A stretch of DNA of 26,460 bases from Gemmatimonadota bacterium (lineage in GTDB: Bacteria > Gemmatimonadota > Gemmatimonadetes > Longimicrobiales > RSA9): contig JBBDRO010000070.1 of the NCBI GenBank assembly GCA_040905425.1, positions 1-26,460 of the forward strand, written 5' to 3'. The position numbers and the translations under genes are program-made. Of this stretch, positions 17,411 to 24,625 are shown in pieces (position 1 is the first letter of the stretch; every line of letters starts with the position of its first letter). The notes under the pieces are model-generated. The model searched no databases. It saw only the letters and a list, made by a program, of their open reading frames with translations, and was not told the DNA's origin.

Positions 17411-18559
17411 TCAGCCCACCTCCCCCACCATGAGCCGTACCCGGATCCCGCCGTTCACGGTCTCGAGCCGCGGCTCCAGCGGTATGCCCACCTGCGCCTC
17501 CAGGCGCGCGTCCGTGGAGAGGAAGGCCAGCCGCCAGCCGGGCGCACGGGCACGGGCCCAGTGGCCGAGCCCGGCGTAGAGGTCCCGGAGCGCCCGCACG
17601 TCTCCCACGCGTACGCCGTAGGGCGGGTTCACCACGATCCAGCCACGTCCGGGCGGCGGCTCGGCGGCGGAGAGCGCCGCCATGCTCAGCGCCACCTGGT
17701 GCTCGACGCCCGCCCGGGCGGCGTTCGCGCGGGATGCAGCCACGCCGCCTTCGTCCCGGTCCGAACCCACGATGGCGGCGGGCGGCTCGGCCACGATCTC
17801 CGCCCGGGCCCGCTCCACCTCCCGGGTCCAGGCGTGCAGGTCGGCTCCGGGCCAGCCGAGGCAGGCGTACGCCCGGGGCGTGCGGTCCGCGGCGGCCAGG
17901 CCGGGCGCGATACGGCGTGCCATGAGCGCCGCCTCGATGGGCAGCGTCCCCGAGCCGCACATGGGATCCAGAAGGGGCGCGGCGGGCGTCCAGCCGGAGG
18001 CCAGCAGCATGGCGGCGCCCAGGGTCTCGCGGAGCGGCGCACGGGCCACGGCCTGCCGATAGCCGCGGCGGTGCAGTAGCGCGCCCGACGCGTCGGCGCT
18101 CACCGTGCAGCGATCCCGGTGGAGGCGCACCACGAAGAGCTGGGCCGCGGCGCCCTCCTCCTCCTCCGTGGATCCACCCACCGGTTCGGCGCCCGTGGCT
18201 TCGTGGATGGCGCGGTGCAGCCGTTCCGCCACCGCGCCCTGGTGGTAGAGGCGGGATTTCCGGCAGCTGACGCGCAGGTCCACGCGCGCCCCCGGGGGCA
18301 CGAACTCCGCCCACGGCACCCGAGCCCCATGACGCTCCAGCTCATGGAAGGTGCGGGCCTTGAAGTCCGCGACGCGCACCAGGACGCGGCTGGCCGTGCG
18401 CAGGCGCAGGTTGGCCGCGTAGAGCGTGGCCGCGTCCGCCGGGAAAGCCACGCCGCCCGCCTGCTCCTCCGGCGCCACGCCGAGCGCGCTCAGCTCCGCC
18501 GCGGCCAGCCGCTCGAGACCCGGCGCGGTGACGGCGAAGCATGCCAACTCCTGGCTCAC
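17411..18559 (-). CDS. THUMP-domain RNA methyltransferase (RlmL/UPF0020-like)
   Basis: GLE..AAEL, LRTASRVL, LHRRGYR, APLRETL, DPMCGSGT, NPPYG; GTG start overlaps tag stop (GTGA). Confidence 0.92.
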   Translation of the reverse strand: MSQELACFAVTAPGLERLAAAELSALGVAPEEQAGGVAFPADAATLYAANLRLRTASRVLVRVADFKARTFHELERHGARVPWAEFVPPGARVDLRVSCRKSRLYHQGAVAERLHRAIHEATGAEPVGGSTEEEEGAAAQLFVVRLHRDRCTVSADASGALLHRRGYRQAVARAPLRETLGAAMLLASGWTPAAPLLDPMCGSGTLPIEAALMARRIAPGLAAADRTPRAYACLGWPGADLHAWTREVERARAEIVAEPPAAIVGSDRDEGGVAASRANAARAGVEHQVALSMAALSAAEPPPGRGWIVVNPPYGVRVGDVRALRDLYAGLGHWARARAPGWRLAFLSTDARLEAQVGIPLEPRLETVNGGIRVRLMVGEVG

Positions 18560-19107
18560 GGCTCGCTCCCGCCTGGGGTGCTCAGCCACGGCGGCCCCGC
18601 GGCCACGACCACCTCGTAGATCGGGCAGTCGGGCGTGTGCGCGCCAGGCAGGTACCCCGTGCTGAGCAGGAATTCGCCCACGATCTCGCCGCCGGTGAAG
18701 CGGAAGGTCCGCTTGAACAGCTTCACCCACTCCGGCCTCGTCAGCGGGTGGTGCGTGTCCAGCCACGCAGCAAAGGAGCCGTGCTCCGCGCGCAGCTCCC
18801 GCACGGTGGCCGCGTTGTCAATGACGGCATCCACCTTCAGGCGATTGCGCACGATCCCCGCGTCCTGGAGCAGGCGCGCCCGGTCGCGCTCACCGAAGGC
18901 GGCCACGCGGTCCAGGTCGAAGTCCGCGAAGGCGGCGCGGAAGTTCTCCCGCTTCTTCAGGATGGTGAGCCAGGAGAGTCCCGCCTGCATGATCTCCAGG
19001 GTGAGCCGCTCGAAGAGCACGCTGTCTTCCCGCTGCGGGAAGCCGTACTCGGTGTCGTGGTACGGACCGTGGTAGGGGTGGCCGGGCGCGGCGGTGCAGT
19101 AGCTCAC
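18556..19107 (-). CDS. tag: DNA-3-methyladenine glycosylase I
   Basis: YHDTEYG, LEIMQAGLSW.TILKKR, GIVRNRLK, F.FTG, H...C; GTG 19107 with AAGGA RBS. Confidence 0.95.
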   Translation of the reverse strand: MSYCTAAPGHPYHGPYHDTEYGFPQREDSVLFERLTLEIMQAGLSWLTILKKRENFRAAFADFDLDRVAAFGERDRARLLQDAGIVRNRLKVDAVIDNAATVRELRAEHGSFAAWLDTHHPLTRPEWVKLFKRTFRFTGGEIVGEFLLSTGYLPGAHTPDCPIYEVVVAAGPPWLSTPGGSEP

Positions 19108-19182
19108 CGTCCTTGCGTGCCCCCGGCGCAGGCCCCGCACAGCATCCCGATGCCCACCGCGAACGCGGCGGCGCCGGGCGGC

Positions 19183-20844
19183 CTACATCCGCTCATACAC
19201 CACCCGGCCGCCCACCACCGTAAGGTCCACGCGCGCGTCCGGGATGCGGTCCGGAGCCACCTCCAGGATGTTGCCGGAGAGCACCACCAGGTCGGCCAGC
19301 TTGCCGCGCTCCAGCGTGCCCAGCTCCGCTTCCATGAACGCGCCGTACGCGTTGGCGGCGGTGTAGGCGCGCAGCGCCTCCGCCACGGTGATCTTCTGCT
19401 CCGGGACCCAGCCGTCGGGATTGGCGCCGTCGATGGTGGCGCGCGTCACGGCGGCGTGGATGCCGAGCAGCGGATCCATGGGCGCCACCGTCCAGTCACT
19501 GCCGAACATGAGGCCGGCGCCCGCGTCCAGCAGGGAGCGGAAGGCGTAGGTGCCCTGCACGCGCTCGGGGCCGATGCGGTTGCCCGCCCAGCGGCCGTCG
19601 TCCACCGCGTGGTAGGGCTGCATGGAGGGCAGGACGCCCAGCTCCGCGAAGCGCGCGATGGCGGCCGGCGTGAGGTGCTGCGCATGCTCGATGCGGAAGC
19701 GACGGTCGCGCGCCCCGTTCCGCGCGGCCACATCGGCGTAGGTCTCCAGCAGCCAATCGTTCGCGCGGTCGCCGATGGCGTGCACGACCACCTGCAGCCC
19801 GGCGGCGTCCGCGGCCGCGATCTGCCGGGCCAGCTCGGTGGTGTCACTCACCGTGAAGCCGCGTGTGGAGGGGTCGTCAGTGTAGGGTTCGTAGAACCAG
19901 GCGGTGGTGGAGCCCAGCGACCCGTCCACGAAGCCCTTGAGGCCGCCCCAGCGCAGCATGGCGTCCCCCCTGCCGCTGGCCTCCACCTCGGCACGCAGCC
20001 GCTCCCAGGTGGCCAGCGGCACGTAGGAGGCCACGCGCATGCGCAGCTCACCCGCCTCCCGGGCGCGCCGGTACGTGGCCAGGTCGGCCCAGCCGCCCAT
20101 GTCCTGCACCAGCGTCACACCCACCGAGAGCGCGTGCTCCTGCGCCCGCGCGAAGGCGGCGTCCCGCTCCGCCTCAGACGGCTCGGGCATGTGCGGGTAG
20201 ACCAGGCCCATGGCCTCATCCTTGAGCACGCCGGCGGGCGCCCCCGCGGCGTCCCGTACGATGAGCCCGCCCGCCGGGTCGGGCGTCCCCGCGGTGACGC
20301 CCGCCAGCTCCAGCGCCCGCGTGTTGGCCAGCGCCATGTGGCCGTCCAGGCGATTCACGAAGACCGGGTTGTCGGGTGTGAGCGAGTCGATCCACGCGCG
20401 CTGCGGCAGCGGCGAGCCCTCCCACAGCTCGTGGTCCCAGTCCCCGCCGGTGAGCCACTGGCCCGGCTCCAATCCCGCCACGAAGGCGCCGATGCGGCGC
20501 GCGAATTCCTCCGGCGTGGCGGCGTCCCGCAGGTCCACGCTGGCAAGCTGGAAGCCGCCGCTCATGAAGTGCGCGTGGTCGTCGATGAAGCCTGGCGTGA
20601 CCAGCCGCCCGCCGAGTTCCACGACCCGGGTGTCAGGGCCCATGTAGCGGGCCACGTCGGCCGCGGAGCCCACCATCACGATGCGGCCGTCGGAGACGGC
20701 CAGCGCTTCGGCGGGCGCAGCCAGCGGCACGCCGGTCCAGACCACGCCGCCGGTAAGCACCAGGTCGGCGGCCTCGGGACCGGAGTCGGCGCAGGCCGCG
20801 AACGGGAGGGTGGTGAGCAGAAGGAGGAGAAGGCGTCGTCGCAT
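19183..20844 (-). CDS. YtcJ-like amidohydrolase (Amidohydro_3), predicted lipoprotein
   Basis: PGFIDDHAH, DGH, K.FVDGSLG, HAIGD, RIEHAQ, GSDW, GKLADLVVL; lipobox FAAC. Confidence 0.93.
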   Translation of the reverse strand: MRRRLLLLLLTTLPFAACADSGPEAADLVLTGGVVWTGVPLAAPAEALAVSDGRIVMVGSAADVARYMGPDTRVVELGGRLVTPGFIDDHAHFMSGGFQLASVDLRDAATPEEFARRIGAFVAGLEPGQWLTGGDWDHELWEGSPLPQRAWIDSLTPDNPVFVNRLDGHMALANTRALELAGVTAGTPDPAGGLIVRDAAGAPAGVLKDEAMGLVYPHMPEPSEAERDAAFARAQEHALSVGVTLVQDMGGWADLATYRRAREAGELRMRVASYVPLATWERLRAEVEASGRGDAMLRWGGLKGFVDGSLGSTTAWFYEPYTDDPSTRGFTVSDTTELARQIAAADAAGLQVVVHAIGDRANDWLLETYADVAARNGARDRRFRIEHAQHLTPAAIARFAELGVLPSMQPYHAVDDGRWAGNRIGPERVQGTYAFRSLLDAGAGLMFGSDWTVAPMDPLLGIHAAVTRATIDGANPDGWVPEQKITVAEALRAYTAANAYGAFMEAELGTLERGKLADLVVLSGNILEVAPDRIPDARVDLTVVGGRVVYERM

Positions 20845-20923
20845 GGTGCCTCTGAAGTGAAGGACGTAATGGGGAGGATAGCGCCCGCGCCCGGCGGCCG
20901 GCCAGCGCAGCGCAACATGACCC

Positions 20924-20952
20924 TTGCGCTAAACAGTTAACCCATGTAATGT
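20924..20952 (+). promoter_or_regulatory. Sigma70-like promoter
   Basis: TTGCGC(20924-29)-17bp-TAATGT(20947-52) in a strikingly AT-rich patch; predicted TSS about 20958-20960. Confidence 0.6.
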
Positions 20953-20958
20953 AATTAC

Positions 20959-21344
20959 TGGATCAAGGAAAAGGATCCGGTCGGCCACCCTGACGCGCCG
21001 ACTGCCTCGTTCCCGGTCCGCCTCCACGGTGCTACGGCCCGACGCCGGGGCCTGGTGGAGGCCGCCAGTGGTGCCGCTCTCGCGGGCGGGTCCAATAGGG
21101 GATGCCGGCCGGATCCGACCACTACGGCGCTCCGCGTATGCCGACGGGTGGCTGCGGAGTTGCCTGGCCCCCGTCGCGCCACGTGCCGCCGCGGCCGGCG
21201 GGTGGTCACGGGCGCCGTCGGGCCCCGAGCCCGGCGGTGGCCCACCCGCTTCACCGGCGTCCGGGAGCATCCGGCCCGCGCGGCCTCTCACGCGGGTCCG
21301 GGGCATGCTTCCGGGCGCTGGGCCGCGCTCCCGAAATCGGGAGG
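20959..21344 (+). ncRNA. Unassigned highly structured RNA (long leader or ncRNA), about 390 nt
   Basis: Stems read by eye: 20973-85/21104-16; 21020-27/21055-62; 21126-36/21153-64; 21198-205/21242-49; 21215-23/21229-37; 21254-70/21305-21 (17 bp); 21328-33/21338-43. The non-Watson-Crick pairs are G-U on the + strand. Confidence 0.6.
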
Positions 21345-21353
21345 ATGGGTGTC

Positions 21354-21431
21354 ATGGCATTCGTGCTCTTCATCGTGATCTGCTTCCTGATGTGCGGCGG
21401 GGAATGGCTGTGGAAGCACCGCCCGCATTGA
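21354..21431 (+). CDS. 25-aa single-TM small protein MAFVLFIVICFLMCGGEWLWKHRPH
   Basis: GGGAGG SD at 21339-44, 9 nt before ATG; high GC3 codons; hydrophobic helix plus Trp/basic tail. Confidence 0.65.
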   Translation: MAFVLFIVICFLMCGGEWLWKHRPH

Positions 21432-21482
21432 GCCCCGTTCCAGCGCCTGACCAGCCCAGCGGCAGCACCAGCACCAAAGACC

Positions 21483-21520
21483 GCGCCCCGGCGCCCGTCC
21501 GAAGACCGGCGCCGGGGCGC
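21483..21520 (-). terminator. Intrinsic-terminator-like hairpin between convergent genes
   Basis: 13-bp perfect stem GCGCCCCGGCGCC/GGCGCCGGGGCGC; cUUCGg loop and GGTCTTT tail on the minus strand; may act in both directions. Confidence 0.75.
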
Positions 21521-21542
21521 GTTGCGTGTGCGGCTCAGCGGC

Positions 21543-24380
21543 TCAGCGCTGATCCATCCACACGTCCTCGATCACCGCCACCGAGCGGGACTGCTCCTGC
21601 CCGTTGACGCTCAGCGTGACCACGTAGCTGCCGGCGTCCACCTCGGGACCGCGCTGCGGTCCACGGCGTCCCGACTGCTCCTCCTCCTCCTCCGGATCCT
21701 CGCGCAGGTCCCACTGCACGCGGTTCAGCCCGGTGGTGGTCTGCACCTCGATGGTGCGGATCACATCGGGGCTGCCCGCCTCCCGGATGGTGAGCGTGGC
21801 CTGCCCGCGCGGAGCCGACCCCAGATAGAAGCTCAGGAACGCGCCATCGGGCGCGCCGCGGCCGACCCAGCCCTTGTTGCCCGTCACGGGCCGGCTGTAG
21901 CGCGGGTCCGACCGCCACAGCACCGCTTCGCGCGGCTGGAAGAGATGCACGTCACTGGCGAGCACCGCGGGCGTCATCTGCTGCAGTGACGTGATGTCAT
22001 CCATGATCTGGACGCTGTAGGAGTGTGTGGCCAGCACCAGATCATTGTCCCGCGGATGGACCAGCACGTCATCCACGCGCCCGGTGGCCAGGCCGGGCAT
22101 GAACTGCTCCCAGCTCTGCCCCTGGTTCAGCGAGACGAAGAAGCCGTTCTCCGTGCCCAGGTAGAGCAGGTTGGGATTGCGCGCGTCCTGGCGCACGGTG
22201 TTCACGTTGCCGAAGGCGGGCAGGTTGGAGGTGATGTTGGTCCAGCTCTGCCCGTAGTCGTGCGTCACGTAGACGTAGGGCCGCATGTCATTGTCCAGCG
22301 CCCCATCGAGCGATGCGAACGCCACCGCGGGATCGAAGTGGGACGCCTCCACGCGCGACACGTAGTACTCCATGGTGCCGCCGGGCATGTTCTGGCCCAC
22401 CTCGGTGAAGGTCTCACCGCCGTTGCGGCTCACCTGGATGTTGCCGTCGTCGGTGCCCACCCAGAGGAGGCCCGGGATGACGGCCGACTCGGACACGCTG
22501 ACGCTGGTGCCCCAGACGTTCACCCCGTCGTTGCGGGACAGGATGCACGGCTGGCCCGGCGGGGTGCGCCCGCACCGGCCCAGGTCGTAGGGCGTGCCCA
22601 TGATGTCGAGCGCGCGGATGTCCACGCCCTTCGTCAGCTCCGGGCTCATGCGGTACGTCTCACCCCGGTCGTGGGAGGTGAACAGGTGGTTGCCGCCCAC
22701 GTGGATGGTGCGCGGGTCGTGGGGCGAGAGCATGAACGGCGTGCTCCAGTTCCACTGGATGCGCGTGTTCGCGGACGGCGTCGGCACGATGTTGCCAAGG
22801 TTCTCACCGTTGTTGCTCGGTGTGCGCGGCCGGATGCTGCCGCCGCCGTCACCGTCCAGATGGATGCGGCGCACGTTGCCGTTCTGGGACTCGGAGTAAA
22901 TGATGGTGTAGTCGGTGGGGTCCACGGCCGTGTAGAAGCCGTCGCCGCCGCCCACGCGGTACCAGTCCTGGGGCAGGATGCCGCCGCTCCGCACGGAGCT
23001 GGGGCCGCACCAGCTGCCGTTGTCCTGCAGCCCGGTGCACACGTAGTAGGGCCGGCGCATGTCCACCGAGGCGTGGTAGGGCTGGCCCACCGACCAGCCG
23101 CGCAGGGACTCCCACGCCTCACCACCGTCATAGGTGACGTCCACCGAGCCGTCGTTGCCGTACATGACGTGGTCCCCATCGGTCGGATCCACCCAGATGG
23201 CGTGGTGGTCCACGTGGCCCAGGCCGCGCATGGTCTGGAAGGTCCGGCCGCCGTCGGTGGACTTGTAGGCCTGCACGCCGCCGGTGTAGACGATCTCCGG
23301 GTTCTGCGTGTGCACGCGGAGCTGGCTGAAGTACATGGGCCGCACGTTGTGGTTGCTGCGGAACTCCCAGTTCTGCCCGCCGTCCGTCGAGCGCCAGACG
23401 CCGTCGGCGTTGGGATCCGTCACGTCCTGGCCCGCATCTTCCGCCTCCTCGCGCCGCTCCCGCTCAGCCTCCCACTCGGCCTCCGTCATGGGGGGCGAGC
23501 GGTCCGCCGCTACCTCGATCTGCGCATAGATCACATTGGGGTTGGAGAGGGACCAGTCCAGGGCAACGCGCCCCATGGTGCCACCCGGCAGCCCGTTGCC
23601 GGACAGGCGGGTCCAGTGCTCTCCGCCGTCCGTGGAGCGCCAGATGCCGCTGCCCGGTCCACCGCCCACGAAGCAGCACGACGTGCGCCGCCGCTGGTAG
23701 GTGGCCGCGTAGAGGTTGTTCGGATTCGACGGGTCGATGATCAGCTCCGTGGCGCCCGTGTTCTCATCCACGTAGAGCGTCCTGTCCCACGTGCGGCCGC
23801 CATTGCTGCTCTTGTAGACGCCACGTTCCGGCGAGGGACCGAAGAGCGCGCCGTTGGCCGCCACCCAGACCACGTCCGGGTTGGTGGGATGCACGCGGAT
23901 GCGGGCAATGGTCTGCGTACCCTCGAGCCCCATGTGCTGGAAGCTCTCGCCGCCGTCGGTGGTCTTGTAAACGCCGTAGCCGTAGGAGGAGCTCTGCCGG
24001 TTGTTGGCCTCACCGGTGCCCACGTACACCACGTTCGGATTGGACGGCGCGATAGCCATGTCCCCGATGGAGGCCGTCTCGTATTCGCCGAAGACGTTCT
24101 CGAACGTGATGCCATTGTTGCTGGTCTTCCACACCCCCGCGGTGGAGAAGCCCACGTAGTAGGTGTAGGGGTCGGCCGGGTTCACTTCGATGTCGTCGAC
24201 CCGGCCGCCCTGCTGGATCGGGCCGATCTCCCGCCATTGGAAACCCTGCAGCAGCGGGCTGGTGGGTGCGTTGATCACCTGGTTCTGACCACCCTGGGCC
24301 AGAGCGGGGGCGGGCACGGCCAGGAGGAGCGCCATTAGCGCAGCGCCGAGCTTGAAGCGCTGCTTACCGAGCAGGCTCAT
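21543..24380 (-). CDS. Secreted VPS10/sortilin-like BNR (Asp-box) repeat protein (GH74-like fold)
   Basis: ATG 24380 with AAGGAGA RBS, signal peptide ending ALA-Q, WREIGP...GR, repeated S/T-x-D/N-GG-x-x-W/F, GGDGF, GTDDG; 945 aa. Confidence 0.92.
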   Translation of the reverse strand: MSLLGKQRFKLGAALMALLLAVPAPALAQGGQNQVINAPTSPLLQGFQWREIGPIQQGGRVDDIEVNPADPYTYYVGFSTAGVWKTSNNGITFENVFGEYETASIGDMAIAPSNPNVVYVGTGEANNRQSSSYGYGVYKTTDGGESFQHMGLEGTQTIARIRVHPTNPDVVWVAANGALFGPSPERGVYKSSNGGRTWDRTLYVDENTGATELIIDPSNPNNLYAATYQRRRTSCCFVGGGPGSGIWRSTDGGEHWTRLSGNGLPGGTMGRVALDWSLSNPNVIYAQIEVAADRSPPMTEAEWEAERERREEAEDAGQDVTDPNADGVWRSTDGGQNWEFRSNHNVRPMYFSQLRVHTQNPEIVYTGGVQAYKSTDGGRTFQTMRGLGHVDHHAIWVDPTDGDHVMYGNDGSVDVTYDGGEAWESLRGWSVGQPYHASVDMRRPYYVCTGLQDNGSWCGPSSVRSGGILPQDWYRVGGGDGFYTAVDPTDYTIIYSESQNGNVRRIHLDGDGGGSIRPRTPSNNGENLGNIVPTPSANTRIQWNWSTPFMLSPHDPRTIHVGGNHLFTSHDRGETYRMSPELTKGVDIRALDIMGTPYDLGRCGRTPPGQPCILSRNDGVNVWGTSVSVSESAVIPGLLWVGTDDGNIQVSRNGGETFTEVGQNMPGGTMEYYVSRVEASHFDPAVAFASLDGALDNDMRPYVYVTHDYGQSWTNITSNLPAFGNVNTVRQDARNPNLLYLGTENGFFVSLNQGQSWEQFMPGLATGRVDDVLVHPRDNDLVLATHSYSVQIMDDITSLQQMTPAVLASDVHLFQPREAVLWRSDPRYSRPVTGNKGWVGRGAPDGAFLSFYLGSAPRGQATLTIREAGSPDVIRTIEVQTTTGLNRVQWDLREDPEEEEEQSGRRGPQRGPEVDAGSYVVTLSVNGQEQSRSVAVIEDVWMDQR

Positions 24381-24437
24381 GAGGGTCTCCTTGTGACGGG
24401 AACTGCGGGGCCGGTTCATTCCGGCGCCGGTATGGAA

Positions 24438-24490
24438 ATCTGTATACATAGATATTCTGCCAATCTTCCCCGCCCCTGCGCCCCGGTCAA
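24438..24490 (-). promoter_or_regulatory. Promoter with downstream palindromic operator (GntR/FadR-like)
   Basis: TTGACC(24490-85)-17bp-AAGATT(24467-62); TGTATACA palindrome at 24441-48 within ATCTGTATACATAGAT. Confidence 0.55.
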
Positions 24491-24625
24491 GAAAAACCGG
24501 AGGAAGCGCGATGGATCGGGCCCATGAAAGGGGCGCGGCACGAGCGCCCGGGCACGATGGGCGGGGCCACGGTAAGCGCGCCGAACGCGGCCGCGCGACC
24601 GCGTGCACCGCGGCCGCACCCGGTC

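Noticed and set aside
20959..21344. Assignment to tmRNA, RNase P, SRP, or SAM/cobalamin/ZTP/glmS elements
   Set aside because: Their hallmark sequences were not found by eye on either strand.
20929..21607. Pro/Arg/Ala-rich ORFs across the structured gap
   Set aside because: Low-complexity translations without RBS or motifs; RNA structure plus the 25-aa ORF explains the region better.
3176..24338. Long opposite-strand ORFs (3176-5035, 6270-7604, 9850-11394, 13132-15141, 16481-18079, 18541-20940, 22023-24338)
   Set aside because: Stop-poor antisense shadows of well-supported genes in high-GC DNA, with no recognisable motifs.
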